The position numbers and the translations under genes were made by a program. The notes beneath the pieces are model-generated. The model was not told where the DNA came from, did not search any database, and saw nothing but the letters and a program-made list of their open reading frames with translations. Shown piece by piece: positions 1 through 13,030 of a stretch of 64,000 bases of DNA. Position 1 is the stretch's first letter; each line of letters starts with the position of its first letter. The stretch is from Vicugna vicugna (taxonomy: Eukaryota), in contig MU058584.1 of NCBI GenBank assembly GCA_013265495.1, positions 842,616 through 906,615 of the forward strand, in the 5' to 3' direction.

Positions 1-284
1 TGGTCTGCCGATGCTGTTGGCCCCTGCTGCTCTGATCCCCTGGGATCATGAGGAGAGCACTGTTTCTCCCTGCTGGCCCCAGCCTAGCAGCAGCCAATCA
101 TGGCTGGCATGCATGGCTACAAGTACTTGTCAAAGGTCTAGCCAGTGAACTAGAACTTCAGTTCTCTCCCTAGTGGGGCTGAAGCTCCTGAGCAGGTGGA
201 CCTGTTGGGATATGTATAACCTGTGCCAAACAACTCCTGGGGCAAGAACTGGGCAGCCTGCTTGCTGTCGAGCTCAGGTTGTGA

Positions 285-470
285 AGCACAGTAGGTACAA
301 TTAAGCATACTGGAGCCAGGCTGGGCTCAAATTCCACCTCCACTGCTACCTGGATGCATTAATGTAGGCAAACATGTCTCAGTTTCCTAATCTGTAAAAC
401 GGGTATATTTTGAAGGTTCTGAGGCTATTGTGTTGAGGATTGAATGAACTAACACATTAGATTGAAACAC
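285..470 (+). mobile_element. MIR SINE
   Basis: Matches the MIR core: ctggagccagg...ctcagtttcctaatctgtaaaacggg...gaggattgaatga. Confidence 0.75.
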
Positions 471-504
471 ATGTGACTGCTGGTATTTTAACTGTTTTAA
501 ACCT

Positions 505-1730
505 ATGAACATAACAAGGATTAGTAGAGTGTTTTAAAAACATGACAACTATGTGCTGTCTAAGAAACTCACTTTAAATATAATGATATAGGCATGTTGA
601 AAGACAAAGATAAGAAAAGCTATATTATGCAAATATTTACCAAAAGAAAGCAGAAGTGGCTGTATTAATAGATGTGAAAATCCTCAACAAAATATCAGCA
701 AATAAAATACAACATTGTATTTATACATTCTTTTTAAAGAATTGTACACTGCGACCAAGAGGGACTTATTCCAGCTGGGCAAAGGTAGTTCAATACAAAA
801 AATCACATGATTACATTAGTTGATGTAGAAAACTCATTTGACAACATCCAACACCCATTCATGATAAAAACTCTCAGCAAATTAGGAATAGAGAGGAATT
901 GCCTCACTTGATAAGAGTATCTATAAAAAGTCTATAGCAAACCGTGTACTTAATAATGAAAGACTGAATACTTTCTCCCTAAGACTGGAATCAAGGTAGG
1001 AATGTCTGTCTTGATACTTTTATTCAACATAGTACTGGAAGTTCTAGCCATTGCAAAAAATTAATAAAGATATGTAGGTTGGGAAGGGAGAAATAAAACT
1101 ACATTTAAAGATGACATGATTGCTTACTTATAAAATCCCAAGAAATCTACCAAAATCCCCTTCTTGGAGCCAATAGAGGGATTCAGCAGAGTCACAGGAT
1201 ACAAACTCACCAAGCTCATAAGATAAAAAAAAAAATCAGTTGTATTTCCATATACTAGCAACAAATGTGGATACCAAAATAAAAAAAAAGACATTTATAA
1301 TCACTAAAAAATTCTTAAGTATAAATTTAATAAAACATGCACAGAACTTGTTTGCTGAAAATTATAAAACCTGAGGAAAGAAATCAAAACTCCTAAATAA
1401 ATGAAGAAACATACTATGTTCATGGATTGGAAAACAATATAGTAAAGATGCCAATTCTGCCCAAATGGATATATGGGCTTGTCACAACTCCTTTCAAAAT
1501 ATTAGCATTTTTAATGAATCCAGAGCATATTATTCTAAAATGCAGATGGAAAGGGCAAATAATTATAATAACTAGAGCAATTTTGAAAATGAAGAATAGA
1601 GTGGGAGGAATCAGTCTACCCTATTTGAAGACTTAAGTGGCTGCAGTAATCAAGACTGTGTGGCACTGGCAGAAGAATAGACACACAGATCAAAGGAACA
1701 CAATAGAGAATCCAGAAATAGACCCCCCAC
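505..1730 (+). mobile_element. Degenerate LINE-1 ORF2 fragment (endonuclease start fused to the RT region)
   Basis: ORF2-like translated remnants include [47 protein letters not shown] and KTVWHWQKNRHTDQ. There are many frameshifts. Confidence 0.9.
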
Positions 1731-2454
1731 CCCACATGCCTCTGTGTGGCTTTATTTTGCAAAAGAGCTCTAGACCCAGAGTCAGGAGGCCCATGTTCGG
1801 GTCCCAGGACTACTATTCACTTGCTGTGTGGCCTTGGGAGAGTGGCTTCTTCCAGTTCTAAAAGTCTTTGAGGCTTTGGCTCTGAATCACTTAACTTTTT
1901 CTGGCCCGGTTTCCTCTCCTATTTAAAGGGGACATCCCGTACTCTCTTTCTTCCAACCTTCTGTTGGACAAGCGATGACAAAATACCTTTCTCTTTGACG
2001 TATCAAGAATTCTACAAGCCAGAAGAGTTGCTACATTGACTGAGTTCATAGGAAACCTCAGCACCATCAGAACTTGACTCTGTGCCCCCGAAGTTAAATG
2101 CCAAGAGCTTTATTATAATTTGTTAATTTGGTTTCTTTCTTCCTAACGCTATCATTTCCTCATTTGGACTCCTTAAGGAGCACGAGGAGTGGGACTCACT
2201 TTTGTGGAGCTGTTTTCGGAGCTCTTCAAGGTTCAAAGCTCTGGGCTTGGCTATGTGAACCTCTGGGAATGTCTGTCAATAAGAGATTAAGAGAGGTTCG
2301 AAGACAGAGGCTGTTTCCCGGTAGAATACTTCTGCTTGTGTGGGCAGAAAGATCTGGAAATAATTCAGCCAACCAACAGTTAACCACCCAAAGAGGATTA
2401 TATGTAGATTCACATTGTGTGGGTCCTGGGAGCTTTGAAAGCCACATACTTGGA

Positions 2455-2489
2455 ACACACGCACACCCGCACGTGCACACCCGCACGTG

Positions 2490-2516
<27 letters not shown>
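2455..2516. repeat. (CA)n microsatellite preceded by a 14-bp tandem duplication (gcacacccgcacgt x2)
   Basis: Seen directly in the sequence. Confidence 0.95.
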
Positions 2517-2520
<4 letters not shown>

Positions 2521-2674
2521 CAATAGCACCCTTAGCACCAAGGCCACCTTATGTATTTACTACCATAAATAGTCCTGGTTAAAACCAAGTAGGAAAATTT
2601 AAAATATACAGATGCTGATAACACCCAGACTTTAACTGGGGCACAAGAACTTTTCTCTCTCAAGCTCGTGTGGC

Positions 2675-2900
2675 AGGACAGCACAGTGATTAGAAGGATG
2701 AATTCTAGACACAGACTGTCTGGGTTGAAATCAGCATCTCATCATTTATTAGCCATGCTTTTAGGTATCTATTAGTTAACTACTTTGTGTCTGGTTTGCT
2801 CTTCTGTATAACTGGAATAATACCTCTCTCATTAGATTGCTGTGAGGATTTGAAGAAATAATTTATGCTGAGCTTTTACGCATGAAACACACTTAGAACA
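2675..2900 (+). mobile_element. MIR SINE
   Basis: acagcacagtgattagaagg...gactgtctgggttgaaatc...gtgaggatttgaag...acttagaaca resembles MIR. Confidence 0.7.
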
Positions 2901-3374
2901 GAGTGAAACAGAAACAATTGTATTCTTCTACATAACATATGAATGGAGTGCGACAGCTGGGGCCCCACTGCCTTAAAATAATTTCTCCATCTATCTTGTC
3001 ATGTTGCCACAAGACTCCTACACCATTATTGATCTGAGTCACTAGATACAAAAATTTTTTCGAGGAGGGTCAGCAGAGTAGTTGCTAAACTAGCTTATTA
3101 GACTGGTGGGTTAGTGACCGGGGTCTAATCTCAGGGCTCCTGTTAACAAGGTTTGTACTTGTAAACAAGTCAATTGGAGTCCCTGAACCTCATTCTAACC
3201 TGTACACCGAAGAGGCTCAACTATACGATCACTGACGTCCTTTCCAGCTCTAGTAGCTGAAGAGATAGGTGCTCCGTAGATGAAGAGAATTTTTTCCCCC
3301 TATGGAAGCTTAAGAATAGCTGCTTATTCATTAAGTACTTTTTAATGCAGCTGCCACTTTTCTAGCCCTTTGAC

Positions 3375-3520
3375 CCATTTAACCCTCGTAGTAATCCTAT
3401 AAAGAAGGCTTCATCCTTATCCCCATTTTATAGAAATGGAAACTGAAGCAGAGAGAGCGTAAATGATTTGCCCAAGGTCACATGTCTACCAAGTGGCAGA
3501 ACTGGAATCACGTCCAGATG
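3375..3520 (-). mobile_element. MIR SINE
   Basis: Reverse MIR core: atccccattttatagaaatggaaactgaagcagagagag...ttgcccaaggtcaca. Confidence 0.8.
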
Positions 3521-6509
3521 ATGCACAGCGCACATGCTAGGCATTTCATTCAGTACCAGACAATGCAGGGCAGATAGTAACTAACAAGAGGGACCATTTC
3601 CTCTTCATCACAGACCTGTGAGAGCACCTGGGGCTTCGGGGAGGCCCTCCGTAAACACTTAGCATTCTTGTTGTTGACGATGATGACACAGCTGTGTTGG
3701 GCTCAGGTGACTTCAGCCTCCTGGCCATGTGTCAGAAGCTGACTGTGTTAAGCTTCATTTTTTGTGGATGTTATCCACACAAGCCGAAGGGTCTGGTCAG
3801 GGGCACAGAAGGACTCCTGACAGGGTGAAAAGTAGGACAATCTGGCGTGAGGAAAAGACAAGGAGGCTGCCAGGCTTTGGGCTGCTCTGGTCTCTCCTCT
3901 GCCCGCCACTGTCTTCATTTCACGTCCACCAAAGTGGCACTGTGTGTTCCTAACACGTCCCTCGAAGGTGCCCTGGGTGTGGCAGAAGGAAGAGGAGGCA
4001 ACGCACTACCTGGATGAGAAATACGGCAAGGGTTTGCTTTTTCCTGTGTGCCCAGTAGCCTCATCTCAAGCGTAAGAGCAAGTGTGGCCAGCATGGCTGT
4101 AAAGTGGCACCGCTCCTTGGCTTGCTTTCCCTAGCCTCTGTAAGCTCGCTGCTGGCTATTAGACTCTCCCTCGCGATGTTGAGAACTCACTTATTTCCAG
4201 AAGTGACCATGGTAGATGAGTAATGTTGCTTTGTTTTGAGGGCTTTTTAGTTTTTTAGATTTTGTTTTATTTTTTTAGTTCTGTACATTGTTGAAAGGAT
4301 GTAATCTTTAGAGGCGTTTTCCCAGCTGTCCTAGGAAAAGAGTTCTGATCTTGGAGCCAGTGTCCCTGGGTATTCCAGTCTCAGTTTTGGTTTTAACTGT
4401 GTACTCTTATGACCCCGATTTCTGACGGGGAGGGAGGAAATGCCTGAGGCACTGAACCAGAGGTGATATTGCCTGGGTCAGATTGGAGATAGGGAAGAGG
4501 CTGAATTCTAAGACCTTGATCTCATCAATTCTGGCCCCAATGTAGTTACTAACCTGATCCCGCAATGAATAATGAGTATTTAGGGTACACATGCCCAGCA
4601 TTAATGGGGTACCTGGGTGGATGATTTTTTATGGGTCCTCTTTTATATGTTGGTAGGACCAGAGAAACGAGACATGATGTAGGTGGGCATCTGGCATTTT
4701 CACGCGTAGCTTTTTGAAACTGCAACTCAATCTACTAAAAGTTTCCAGGCCGACTCAGGGCAAAGGTGATTGTTTTGGAAAATATGAATGAGATTGGTTG
4801 GGCGACTCCAGGGTTATGCAAGCGAAGGGATGGAAGCAGTTGAAAGAACTTTTGCTTTGGACACTGTTCGAAGGGACTTTTACCAGGGGGAATACTTGAG
4901 CACGGGTTAAGACTGAAACAAGTGAGACCAACATGTTTCTCCAGTCAAGTGCCAGCACACACAAGTGGACACGGTCCCTTGTTCTGTGCAGCGTGAGACT
5001 TCTTCTCTGTCTCCTTTCCTTTGCACGGATGCCGTGACCACCCAGTGCCAACGGAGTGCTAATCAAAGACTCACAGCTAGTCTGTCTATAGAGCTTACCA
5101 TTGGTAAGATACCTTCTACGTGTTTTAGGCATTACCTTGTAGTCCCATGGAAGCCGTGTGTGATAGATAGAATTGTTATAGTTTACTAATAAGGCAACTG
5201 AGGCACAGAGAGGTTAAGTATCTCCCCCAAGGTGAGTAAGTGGTTCAGCCAAGATTTGAACTCAGGCAGCACCTGGCTCTAGAGTTTAGGCTTTTAAGCA
5301 CAACACTGCGCCGTCTCCATAACATCTACAAGGTTATGGAGTTCAAGCTCTGTCAGTTGAAAAGCATTTCTGCACCATCTGTATTAAACATTGGGGCTGT
5401 GTGTGGGTTATGGTTCTTTCTGTAAGGAAGGCTCTGCCATGACTCACAGGAGAGGGGTGTCCTGGGGAGTGTCAGTAGACAGGATAATCCAAAAGCTGTC
5501 CTGGGTTGAACTGACCGGTCAAGGCTGCCAGGACACTGGCTGGAGAAGGTCCAGGGAAGTACAAAGGGTGGAGAGGTAACTCAGGTCCTGGCGGGCCCCT
5601 CGGCACCTGCCAGTCCATGGCTCGGCTGGTTCTGGCTGTGGCGCTGGCTCTCCTCAGACTCTTGTCAATGGGTTGGTACCTTGGTAGCCTGGTTTCCTCT
5701 GGGATCCCCTTACCATGTTCTGCCAGGAAGGCACCCCCACTTCTGTCGTGTGACCCAGCTCCTGAATTCAGTCTGGCCAGCCGGACTTTGTTTCCGTCAT
5801 CGGCGGCATTGGCTTTGTGGATTATTCTGTGCATCTTTCTGGGCTGGTGTCGGGGCTGCCTGTGGGCTGGGCCCATGGCTCTGGTGCCAGTTGTAATGTG
5901 ATCAACCATTGTAAAGATAACCAATGGCAAGACAGCAACACAACCTGTCATGGGGCTGAAGCCGTGGCAACCCATGTGCCATCACATGAACGTTTATTGT
6001 ATGTGGTGGTGGCTGTACTTGGGGTGCCATCACAGTGCCAGTCACTGTTTTGTTTTCACCATGACCCCACGTGGTAGATGCAGTTATTAAACTCACTTTA
6101 CGATCGTAGATGCAAAGGCACAGAGAGGGTGCATAACTTGGCCTGGGTCACACAGCAAACACATAGAGGAATTAAGATTTAAACCTAAGCAGTGAAGGCC
6201 CAGTTCCTGTGCTGCTGACCACCAGGCTACCCCACCTCCCCTCTGCTAGGCTGTATAGGGGATAAAGTGATGGATAACACAGAACCTTCCTCCAAGGCTG
6301 TATCCTTGGCCTCATTCATTTAGGTTTTTGGTAGCCTTTGGGTTTACTTTAAGTTGGTGAACTTCTGGAAAATGTCATTTATAAGTAACGCCTCAAGGTT
6401 TGGTCTCAGGCTAATTTTCGAAAAGGTTTACCAAGAACCCAGACGACAATACTGAGCCATGAGGGACCAAGATCATTTAGTCCCACCTTATCATTTGTGA
6501 TTAACAATA

Positions 6510-6730
6510 ATGGCCACTGAATACTGAGCACATCCTGTGAGCTGGGCCCTTTCTAAACACTTCATATGGGTTTCCTCACCTTCTGCTGTTCTCTGGGAGT
6601 GGACTATGTTTATCCCCATTTTATAGAAGAGGAAATTGAGGTTCAGGGATGTTATATGAACTGCTCACGTCACACAGCTAGTAAGTGGTAGGGCTGGCAT
6701 AGGAACCCAGGCAGCCTGGCTTCGAAGTCC
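6510..6730 (-). mobile_element. MIR SINE
   Basis: Reverse MIR core: tatccccattttatagaagaggaaattgagg...cacacagctagtaagtgg. Confidence 0.75.
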
Positions 6731-7889
6731 ATGTTTTTAATTAACTGCCACTTGAGGGTGGAAGGATCACTGGGGTTAGGACAGTCCTTCCGGCTCTGCC
6801 AAACGTCAGCATGTGTGCTGCTGGCCATGTCTCCCCCTCTCTCCAGATCTCCTGCATTCATTAAACAAGTCTATAGCACACCTACTGTGTGCCAGGCTTT
6901 GTTAGTACTGGGCACATATGGGTGAATAAGACAGACTTGGTCCATGTGCTCGTAGAATTTCCAGTTGAATTTTCAGTTTCCTCACCTGTAAAAGATAAGA
7001 ATTAAAATATATTAAAAACATTTCTCATCCTTTTGAAAACCCACGCGTCTTCTTATAAACAATAAAACATTATGCCTTCCCTATTGGTCTTTGAAATTTC
7101 CAAGTAAGTGAGTTACCATGACTAAAAATAAATTAAAGCTATGATAATATTGAGTAATTTTTGTTTTGAATCACACAGGCCTTCATCCCTACCCCTAGGG
7201 ATATTCGGATACCCTGGGCCCCCAGCGCCGGGCATTCTTTCAGGGAAGAATCATTGGGATGGTATTCTCGCTCCAACAACAAAAGGATCTAGAGTTGAAT
7301 TTTCAATTGCTTTGAAATGCTGGGGTTGTGTCTATTTAATTTGTGTTCATTCTTTCACCAGGCTTTGGCCCTTGGGTGTATGTGGCAAATAAACTTTACT
7401 CATTCCTTTTACTGAAAACCCTTTCCCCCACCAGGGCATTGTTGTGAGTCACAAGCTCTCTCACCATCTGACGTTTCCCCATCCTGTTTATGGAGGGAAC
7501 ACCAAGGGACAGGCCCACGTGTCTGACACAGAGGCCCACAGGCTCCTCCCCCTTCAGCGGCCCTTGGGTTAGATGAAGCTTTTGGCTCCAGGGCATGTCT
7601 GGTCCGGGCGGTTTGTGCTTTGAGATTTGCATGGGAAACGATGCTTCACAGACCTCTTAGGAACACCAACTGGCTTATAAGTGCCTCCTGAGAACTGGGC
7701 TCTGCAAAGATTAGTTTCTTTAACTCAGTGCCTCTCCTTTGCTAATCCATTACCCATGCTGTCCTCTGACCACTACAGGGACTCACATATAGACGCTCAG
7801 GGATGATGTCTCTGTGCAGGGTAAGTGAGCACAATGTGCATGCTGGTTGTACTGAAGTTGCAGAGAGCAGGATAATTTTTAAAACATTT

Positions 7890-9105
7890 AAAAAAAATTT
7901 TTGACAAGGACATGAGATATATCCTGTAAACAAAGTTTAAAGTATGTTATGCTGTGTAAAGTATGCAGTACTTTTTTTTGACTGTAGGTACAATATTGGT
8001 CAGCAGATCTCTAGGATGTAATCCTCTTACTTAACTGAAACTTTATGCCTGTTGATGAGTAACTCCCAATTTCTCTTTCCTTTCCAGCCCCTGATAACCA
8101 TAATTCAAGTTTTTTTTCTTTTTAATTGAAGTATAGTCAGTTTACAATGTTGTGTCAATTTCTGGCATACAGCATAATAGTTCAGTCATACACACACATA
8201 CATATATTCCTTTTCATATTCTTTTTCATTATAGGTTACTATGAGATATTGAATATAGTTCCCTGTGCTATACAGTAGAAACTTTTGTATCTATTTTATA
8301 TATAGTAGTTAGTATCTGTAAATCTTGAACTCCCAATTTATCCCTTCCCACCCACTTCCTGCCTTGTAACTGTAAGTTTGTTTTCTGTCTGTAAATTTCT
8401 TTCTGTTTTGTAAATACGTTTATTTGTCTTTTTTTTTTTTAGATTCCACATATAAGTGATATCGTACGGTATTTTTCTTTCTCTTTCTCGCTTACTTCAC
8501 TTAGAATGACGGTCTCTAGGTACATCCATGTTGCTGCAAATGGCATTATATCATTCTTTTTTATGGCTGAGTAGTATTCCATTGTATAAATATACCATAA
8601 CTTCTTTATCCAGTCATCTGTTGATGGACTTTTAGGTTCTTTCTATGTCTTGGCTATTGTAAATAGTGCTGCTGTGACCATTGTGGTACATATATCTTTT
8701 CATATTAGAGTTCTTTCTGGATACATACTGGAGTGGGATTGCTGGATAATATGGTAAGTTTATTTTTAGTTTTTTGAGGACTCTCCATACTATTTTCTGT
8801 AATAGCTGCACCAAACTACATTCCCACCAACAGTGTAGCATTTGTCGTTTGTGGACTTTTTAATAATGACCATTCTGACTGGTGTGACATAATAGCTCAT
8901 TGTAGTTTTGATTTGCATTTCTCTGATAATTAGCAATATTGAGCATTTTTTTTCATGTGCTTATTGGCCATTTTTATGGCTTCATTGGAGACACAATTCC
9001 AGTTTTTGATTTTATGAGTTTGACTATTTTATATACCTCATATAAATGAAATCTTGTAGTACTTGTCTTTTTGTGTTTGGCTTATTTCACTTAGCATGAT
9101 GTCCA
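7890..9105 (-). mobile_element. Older L1MA-type 3' end (about 7890-8100 and 8992-9105) interrupted by a younger L1
   Basis: Reverse L1MA 3'-UTR motifs (gcagatctctagg...ttaactgaaactttatgcc...cccctgataacca) resume after the insert (ttttatgagtttgactattt...cttatttcacttagcatgatgtcc). Confidence 0.8.
8115..8991 (-). mobile_element. 5'-truncated artiodactyl/camelid-type L1 (ORF2 C-terminus plus 3' UTR)
   Basis: A poly-T tail is followed by ttgaagtatagtcagtttacaatgttgtgtc. The reverse ORF is ORF2-like (HCWWECSLVQLL..IVWRVLKKLKINLPYYPAIPL). Flanks cataattcaagttttt (8099-8114) and cacaattccagttttt (8992-9007) form a TSD. Confidence 0.9.
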
Positions 9106-9241
9106 ATTATAATGAGAATTTATTTACTTGAGGTTCTAAAAGCAGTGATAGATGTTGTGAAAAAAATGCAATTTAATTCAGCAAATGTTGGTGTGGGCAC
9201 TATGTTCATGACAGGCATATAGAGATGAATGAGACCAGTGC

Positions 9242-9463
9242 CCAGTGACGTGCTGGCAAATGACTAACAGGAGGCTCTGTGGGGGAGGGAGGAGCCCTGT
9301 TGTGTAGCATTTGCTGATTTCCACAACGTAAAAATACTCTGGCTGATTTAAAATACCGTAGTTGGTTTTAAGCTACCAACATGGTGTCAACCAGCTTGCA
9401 GAATTCTTGAAAATTTAATAGTCAGCTCTCACGAGCCTGTATGAGCTGATCCTGCACTCTGTT
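9242..9463 (+). mobile_element. MER63-like hAT-Blackjack DNA transposon fossil inserted in an L2
   Basis: Begins ccagtgacgtgctggcaaatg and contains tgtagcatttgctgatttcc, aagctaccaacatg and gctctcacgagcctgtatgagc. Imperfect 8-bp TSD: accagtgc / gccagtgt. Confidence 0.7.
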
Positions 9464-9889
9464 GCCAGTGTATGCTTTCAAGAGTTTGTCAGTTTAGACT
9501 GGAACATAGATAATTTGCGATGCAATATGATGAGAGCAGAGATAGATGTATGTACAAGGCAGAAAGGTGTGATGGGAGACAGTGATTAAATTCTGTGATG
9601 GGCACATCCCCTGAGCTGCAGGGGCAGGAAGGCTGTGGAACGAAGGCCTATAGATAGGTGGAGACAGGGACCTTAAAGCATCCCCATTGTCTTCAGGTCA
9701 GACGGAATCACCTTGGCCAGTCTTAAGGTCCCTCTCAGTCTGACGTCCCCATTCATGGCTAACCTTTTGTCTGACTCTTGGGAACACATCTTTGCCCTGG
9801 CTCACACTGTTGTCCCCCTTTGCAAAACCTTTCCCCTTCATCTCCATTTCCCTACTTTCCTCATCCCCCTTCATGAACTCTTCCAAATC

Positions 9890-10900
9890 ACGGAAAGCAC
9901 GAACCATAAAGAAAAGACTGATCAAGTGAATTACATCAAAGTTAAGAAGTGATGTTCATCAGAAGTCCCCATTTAAAAAGTAAAAGGCAAATAAGAGTCA
10001 GGGAAAATATTTGCAACACTTATAACCAACTAAGGGCTTGCATTCAGAACACGTCAGTAAGTCACAAGTCAAAAAGACGAAGACAGAAAAAGGGAGAGAC
10101 TTGAACAGGAACTTCACAAGAGAGGCTATCCAAATGGAATAAATGAGAAGAGGCTTACCTTCACTAGTGGTTGGGGAGGTGTGATACCACCACACACCCA
10201 CCAAATTGGCTAAAATTAAATAGACTACCAAGTATTGTTGAAGATTTAGAGCAATAGAAAATAACATGTGTTGCAGGTGAGAGTTGAAATCGATACAATC
10301 ATTTTGAAAACTTTTCCATGCTAGCTATTGAAATTGAACATGCACATATGCTATGACTCAGCAATCATTCCCCTAGATATATAGCCCAACCCCTCCCCCA
10401 AATACATATGTACTGGAAGTTCGAAGTTATGTACTGGAATGTTCATAACAGCATCCGTGGTAATGGCTCCAAACTGGAAGCGCCCAGATGTGTATCAACA
10501 GTAGGGCATGAGCTATGGACCATTCATAAATTGGCATCCCATTTATGAATGAAAAAGAAGGAAGTGTCCCTCCATACAACAGCTTGGATGAATCTTACAA
10601 ATCTAATATTAAGTGAAAAGGGTCAGACACAAAGAATACAAAGGAAATTATTCTATTTATATATATTTCAAGAATAGGGTAAAACTATTGATGGGGTTGG
10701 AAGTCAGTTTACTGGTTACTTTTGGGGAGGAACGAGGGGGTTAGCGACTGAGAGGGTCACACTGGGGGCTCTGATGAGGTTCCTTTTCTTGCCCTGCGTG
10801 CTGATAACAGGGTATATTGATTTTGTTATAATTCACTGAACTCTATTTGTATGACTTGTGTACCTTTCTGTATGTCTTATATTTTCATTGATTATAATTT
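9890..10900 (+). mobile_element. Ancient L1 (L1ME-like) ORF2 3' end and 3' UTR
   Basis: Motifs include ataaagaaaagactgat..., aaaatatttgcaacac, ctatgactcagcaatc, aaactggaagcgcccagatgt and ggatgaatcttacaaatctaatattaagtgaaaag. Confidence 0.8.
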
Positions 10901-10999
10901 TGAAAATTATAGGAGCTTCTGAATCAAAGTGTTAGCATTAGAAGCGAATGTGTGTTCTAGACCATTTTTGTATGTTCTCTTTCAGAGTTCCTATCTTTG

Positions 11000-11400
11000 T
11001 GAATTTAATCATTAAACCTTAAAAGATATGTTGAGAGTGACCATGTGCCAGGAACTATTTTAGATACCGAGGATAAACAGGGAACAAAATAGAAAACATT
11101 GCTGCTCTCATGGAGTTCACATTTTCGGGGGGACAGGAAGGCAGTTGAACAAACAAATATATAAAATATCAAATGATGATGAGTGCTCTGAAGTAATATT
11201 AGTGGGTAAGAAGGCAGAGACGATGGAGCTGGGGTGAGGACTTGGGTACTGTTTAGGTTTTACGTAGAGTGAAGAAGACTCTTCAATAAGGCAGCGTTGG
11301 AGCAGAACCTGAATGAGGTGACATATGAGCCTAGGAGATCTATGGGTGAAGAGTATTCCAGGCAGAGAAAACAGTAAGTGCAAAGGCCCTATGTTAGGAC
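11000..11400 (-). mobile_element. L2 LINE 3' fragment
   Basis: Reverse L2 3' end: ccatgtgccaggaac...ctctcatggagttcacatt...ccaggcagagaaaacagtaagtgcaaaggccct. Confidence 0.75.
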
Positions 11401-11409
11401 CCCCTCCCC

Positions 11410-12100
11410 GCCAGCTCCCCAAGCTGGAAACTGAGGCCTCACTCTTGGCTCTCCTCTCTCTCTTCTTTACCCTTTTATTCAAAACAAACCACCAATCCAT
11501 TTAATTCCATACCTAAATATCTCTTAATTTTTCCGCTTTCTCTCCATCCTCCCTGTTCTTGCCTATTTGGGCAACCGTTTCTTAACTCTGCCTTCCTGTG
11601 TCCCTTTTTTTCTCTTTGGTCCTCTGATGGGATGCCCCTTGTGCTCAGAGTAAACACCCTCCAAGGCTCCTGCTTTCCTTTCTGGTCTCATTTCTGGCCG
11701 CTTGTGCCAGGCACTCCGTGCTCGAGTCAACAGCCAAACTGAGTCCATTTCCCAAGTTTCCCTCTGAGACTCTGGACTCTGGGCTTTTCTATATGAGGGT
11801 GCTTCTGCTGGCAACATTCTTTCCCCTCCCCACCTACTCATCTCAGGCTCCACACATCCTGTGGGTCTTGCTTAGATGTTGTTTATTCTGGGAAGCTTCT
11901 GCTGCCCTTAGCTGTCAGCCAAATGTCCTCCCCAAGGGTCTCATAGCACCCTGAGTCCCCCCTCACTGTAATTGCCTTTTATTTGTCTGACCCTCTCCAT
12001 AAACTCTCAAACAGAAACATAAGTTAACTGTTTCTGTTTTGTGTCCCAGTGCTGAAGGCAGTTTATAAATTGCACAATAAATTCTAAATGAATGAATGCG
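11410..12100 (+). mobile_element. L2 LINE 3' fragment
   Basis: Pyrimidine-rich L2-like body ending aataaattctaaatgaatgaatg. Confidence 0.65.
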
Positions 12101-12819
12101 TGTTGAACTGGATCCTTGTGATATGACAACAGTCTAGGAGTATTTTTATTAGTCACTGCTAGAAATCTTTTACAGTCAAAACAATATCCATTAAACTTAC
12201 AAAAGCCAGAGCAGTTTCGTGTTTAAGTTCTTGTTCCTGGTAATTTTGTGTTCCATCATTTCTCAAACACGTAAATATTATCTTTCAAATTTTACTGTTA
12301 CCTTATTTCACTCAGTCATACGTAAAACATCAATTCAGAGAGCTCTGAGTCTATTTGTGAAAAAAATTCAAATATAGAGACCCAAATGTCTGGCTCTGGC
12401 TGTAGAGCAATATCCTTATTGTGACATTTCTAGAGTTGAGAATTTCTAGAAAAAAATTCCAAGTTGAACTTTATGAGTTTTGTCAAGTTTGGGGCATGGC
12501 AGGTAGACATTCTTTCTAATTGGTCACAGCCCCTTCCTATGGAGATGAAAGCTTTTCACACGATGGGAGAGTGGGAGAGACAAGAGAAAGAGCAGATAGA
12601 CACAGGGAAGGCAGCTCTTCTTACGCTGACCCTTCCTACTTAGGTGACAAGTGATGCTGCTGATCCCTGATGCATGAGATTTAGGAGAGAGTTGAGCAGG
12701 GACTGAAATGGAGATGGGGGCAGGGTGCCAAAGTCTCTCAAGGTGACTTTTAAAAATTGTTTTAACAGAATTGTTTGGAGAATGGCAAATATTTGTGCAT
12801 CAGGCACACTCGTGTCTAC

Positions 12820-13030
12820 CATTTTTTGAGTGTTTGCTATATGCCAGGCTGTATAACTGCTTTATGTAGACAATCTTATTGAATTCTACTAACAGTTGTA
12901 CTGAATCAATACGATTATATCCCCATCTTGCAGATGAGAAGGTAAGGCTCAGAGAGGTTGTGTGATTTGCCCTAACTTACACAGCAGGTCAATGGTCATG
13001 CCGAGCTATGAACCCTCCCTCTGGCTTGAA
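12820..13030 (-). mobile_element. MIR SINE
   Basis: Reverse MIR: atccccatcttgcagatgagaaggtaaggctcagagaggttgtgtgatttgccc. Confidence 0.8.

Noticed and set aside
1427..1861. ORFs resembling a reverse-transcriptase protein
   Set aside because: These are fragments of a dead L1 ORF2 with stops, frameshifts and a large deletion.
2128..2526. ORFs with HT/CV dipeptide repeats (also at 26698-26930 and 38969-39238)
   Set aside because: They are translations of (CA)n/(GT)n microsatellites.
5617..5901. ATG-initiated 94-aa ORF with a signal-peptide-like hydrophobic start (MARLVLAVALALLRLL)
   Set aside because: No recognisable family, promoter or splice support. Overlapping ORFs occur in several frames because the patch is GC-rich and poor in stop codons.
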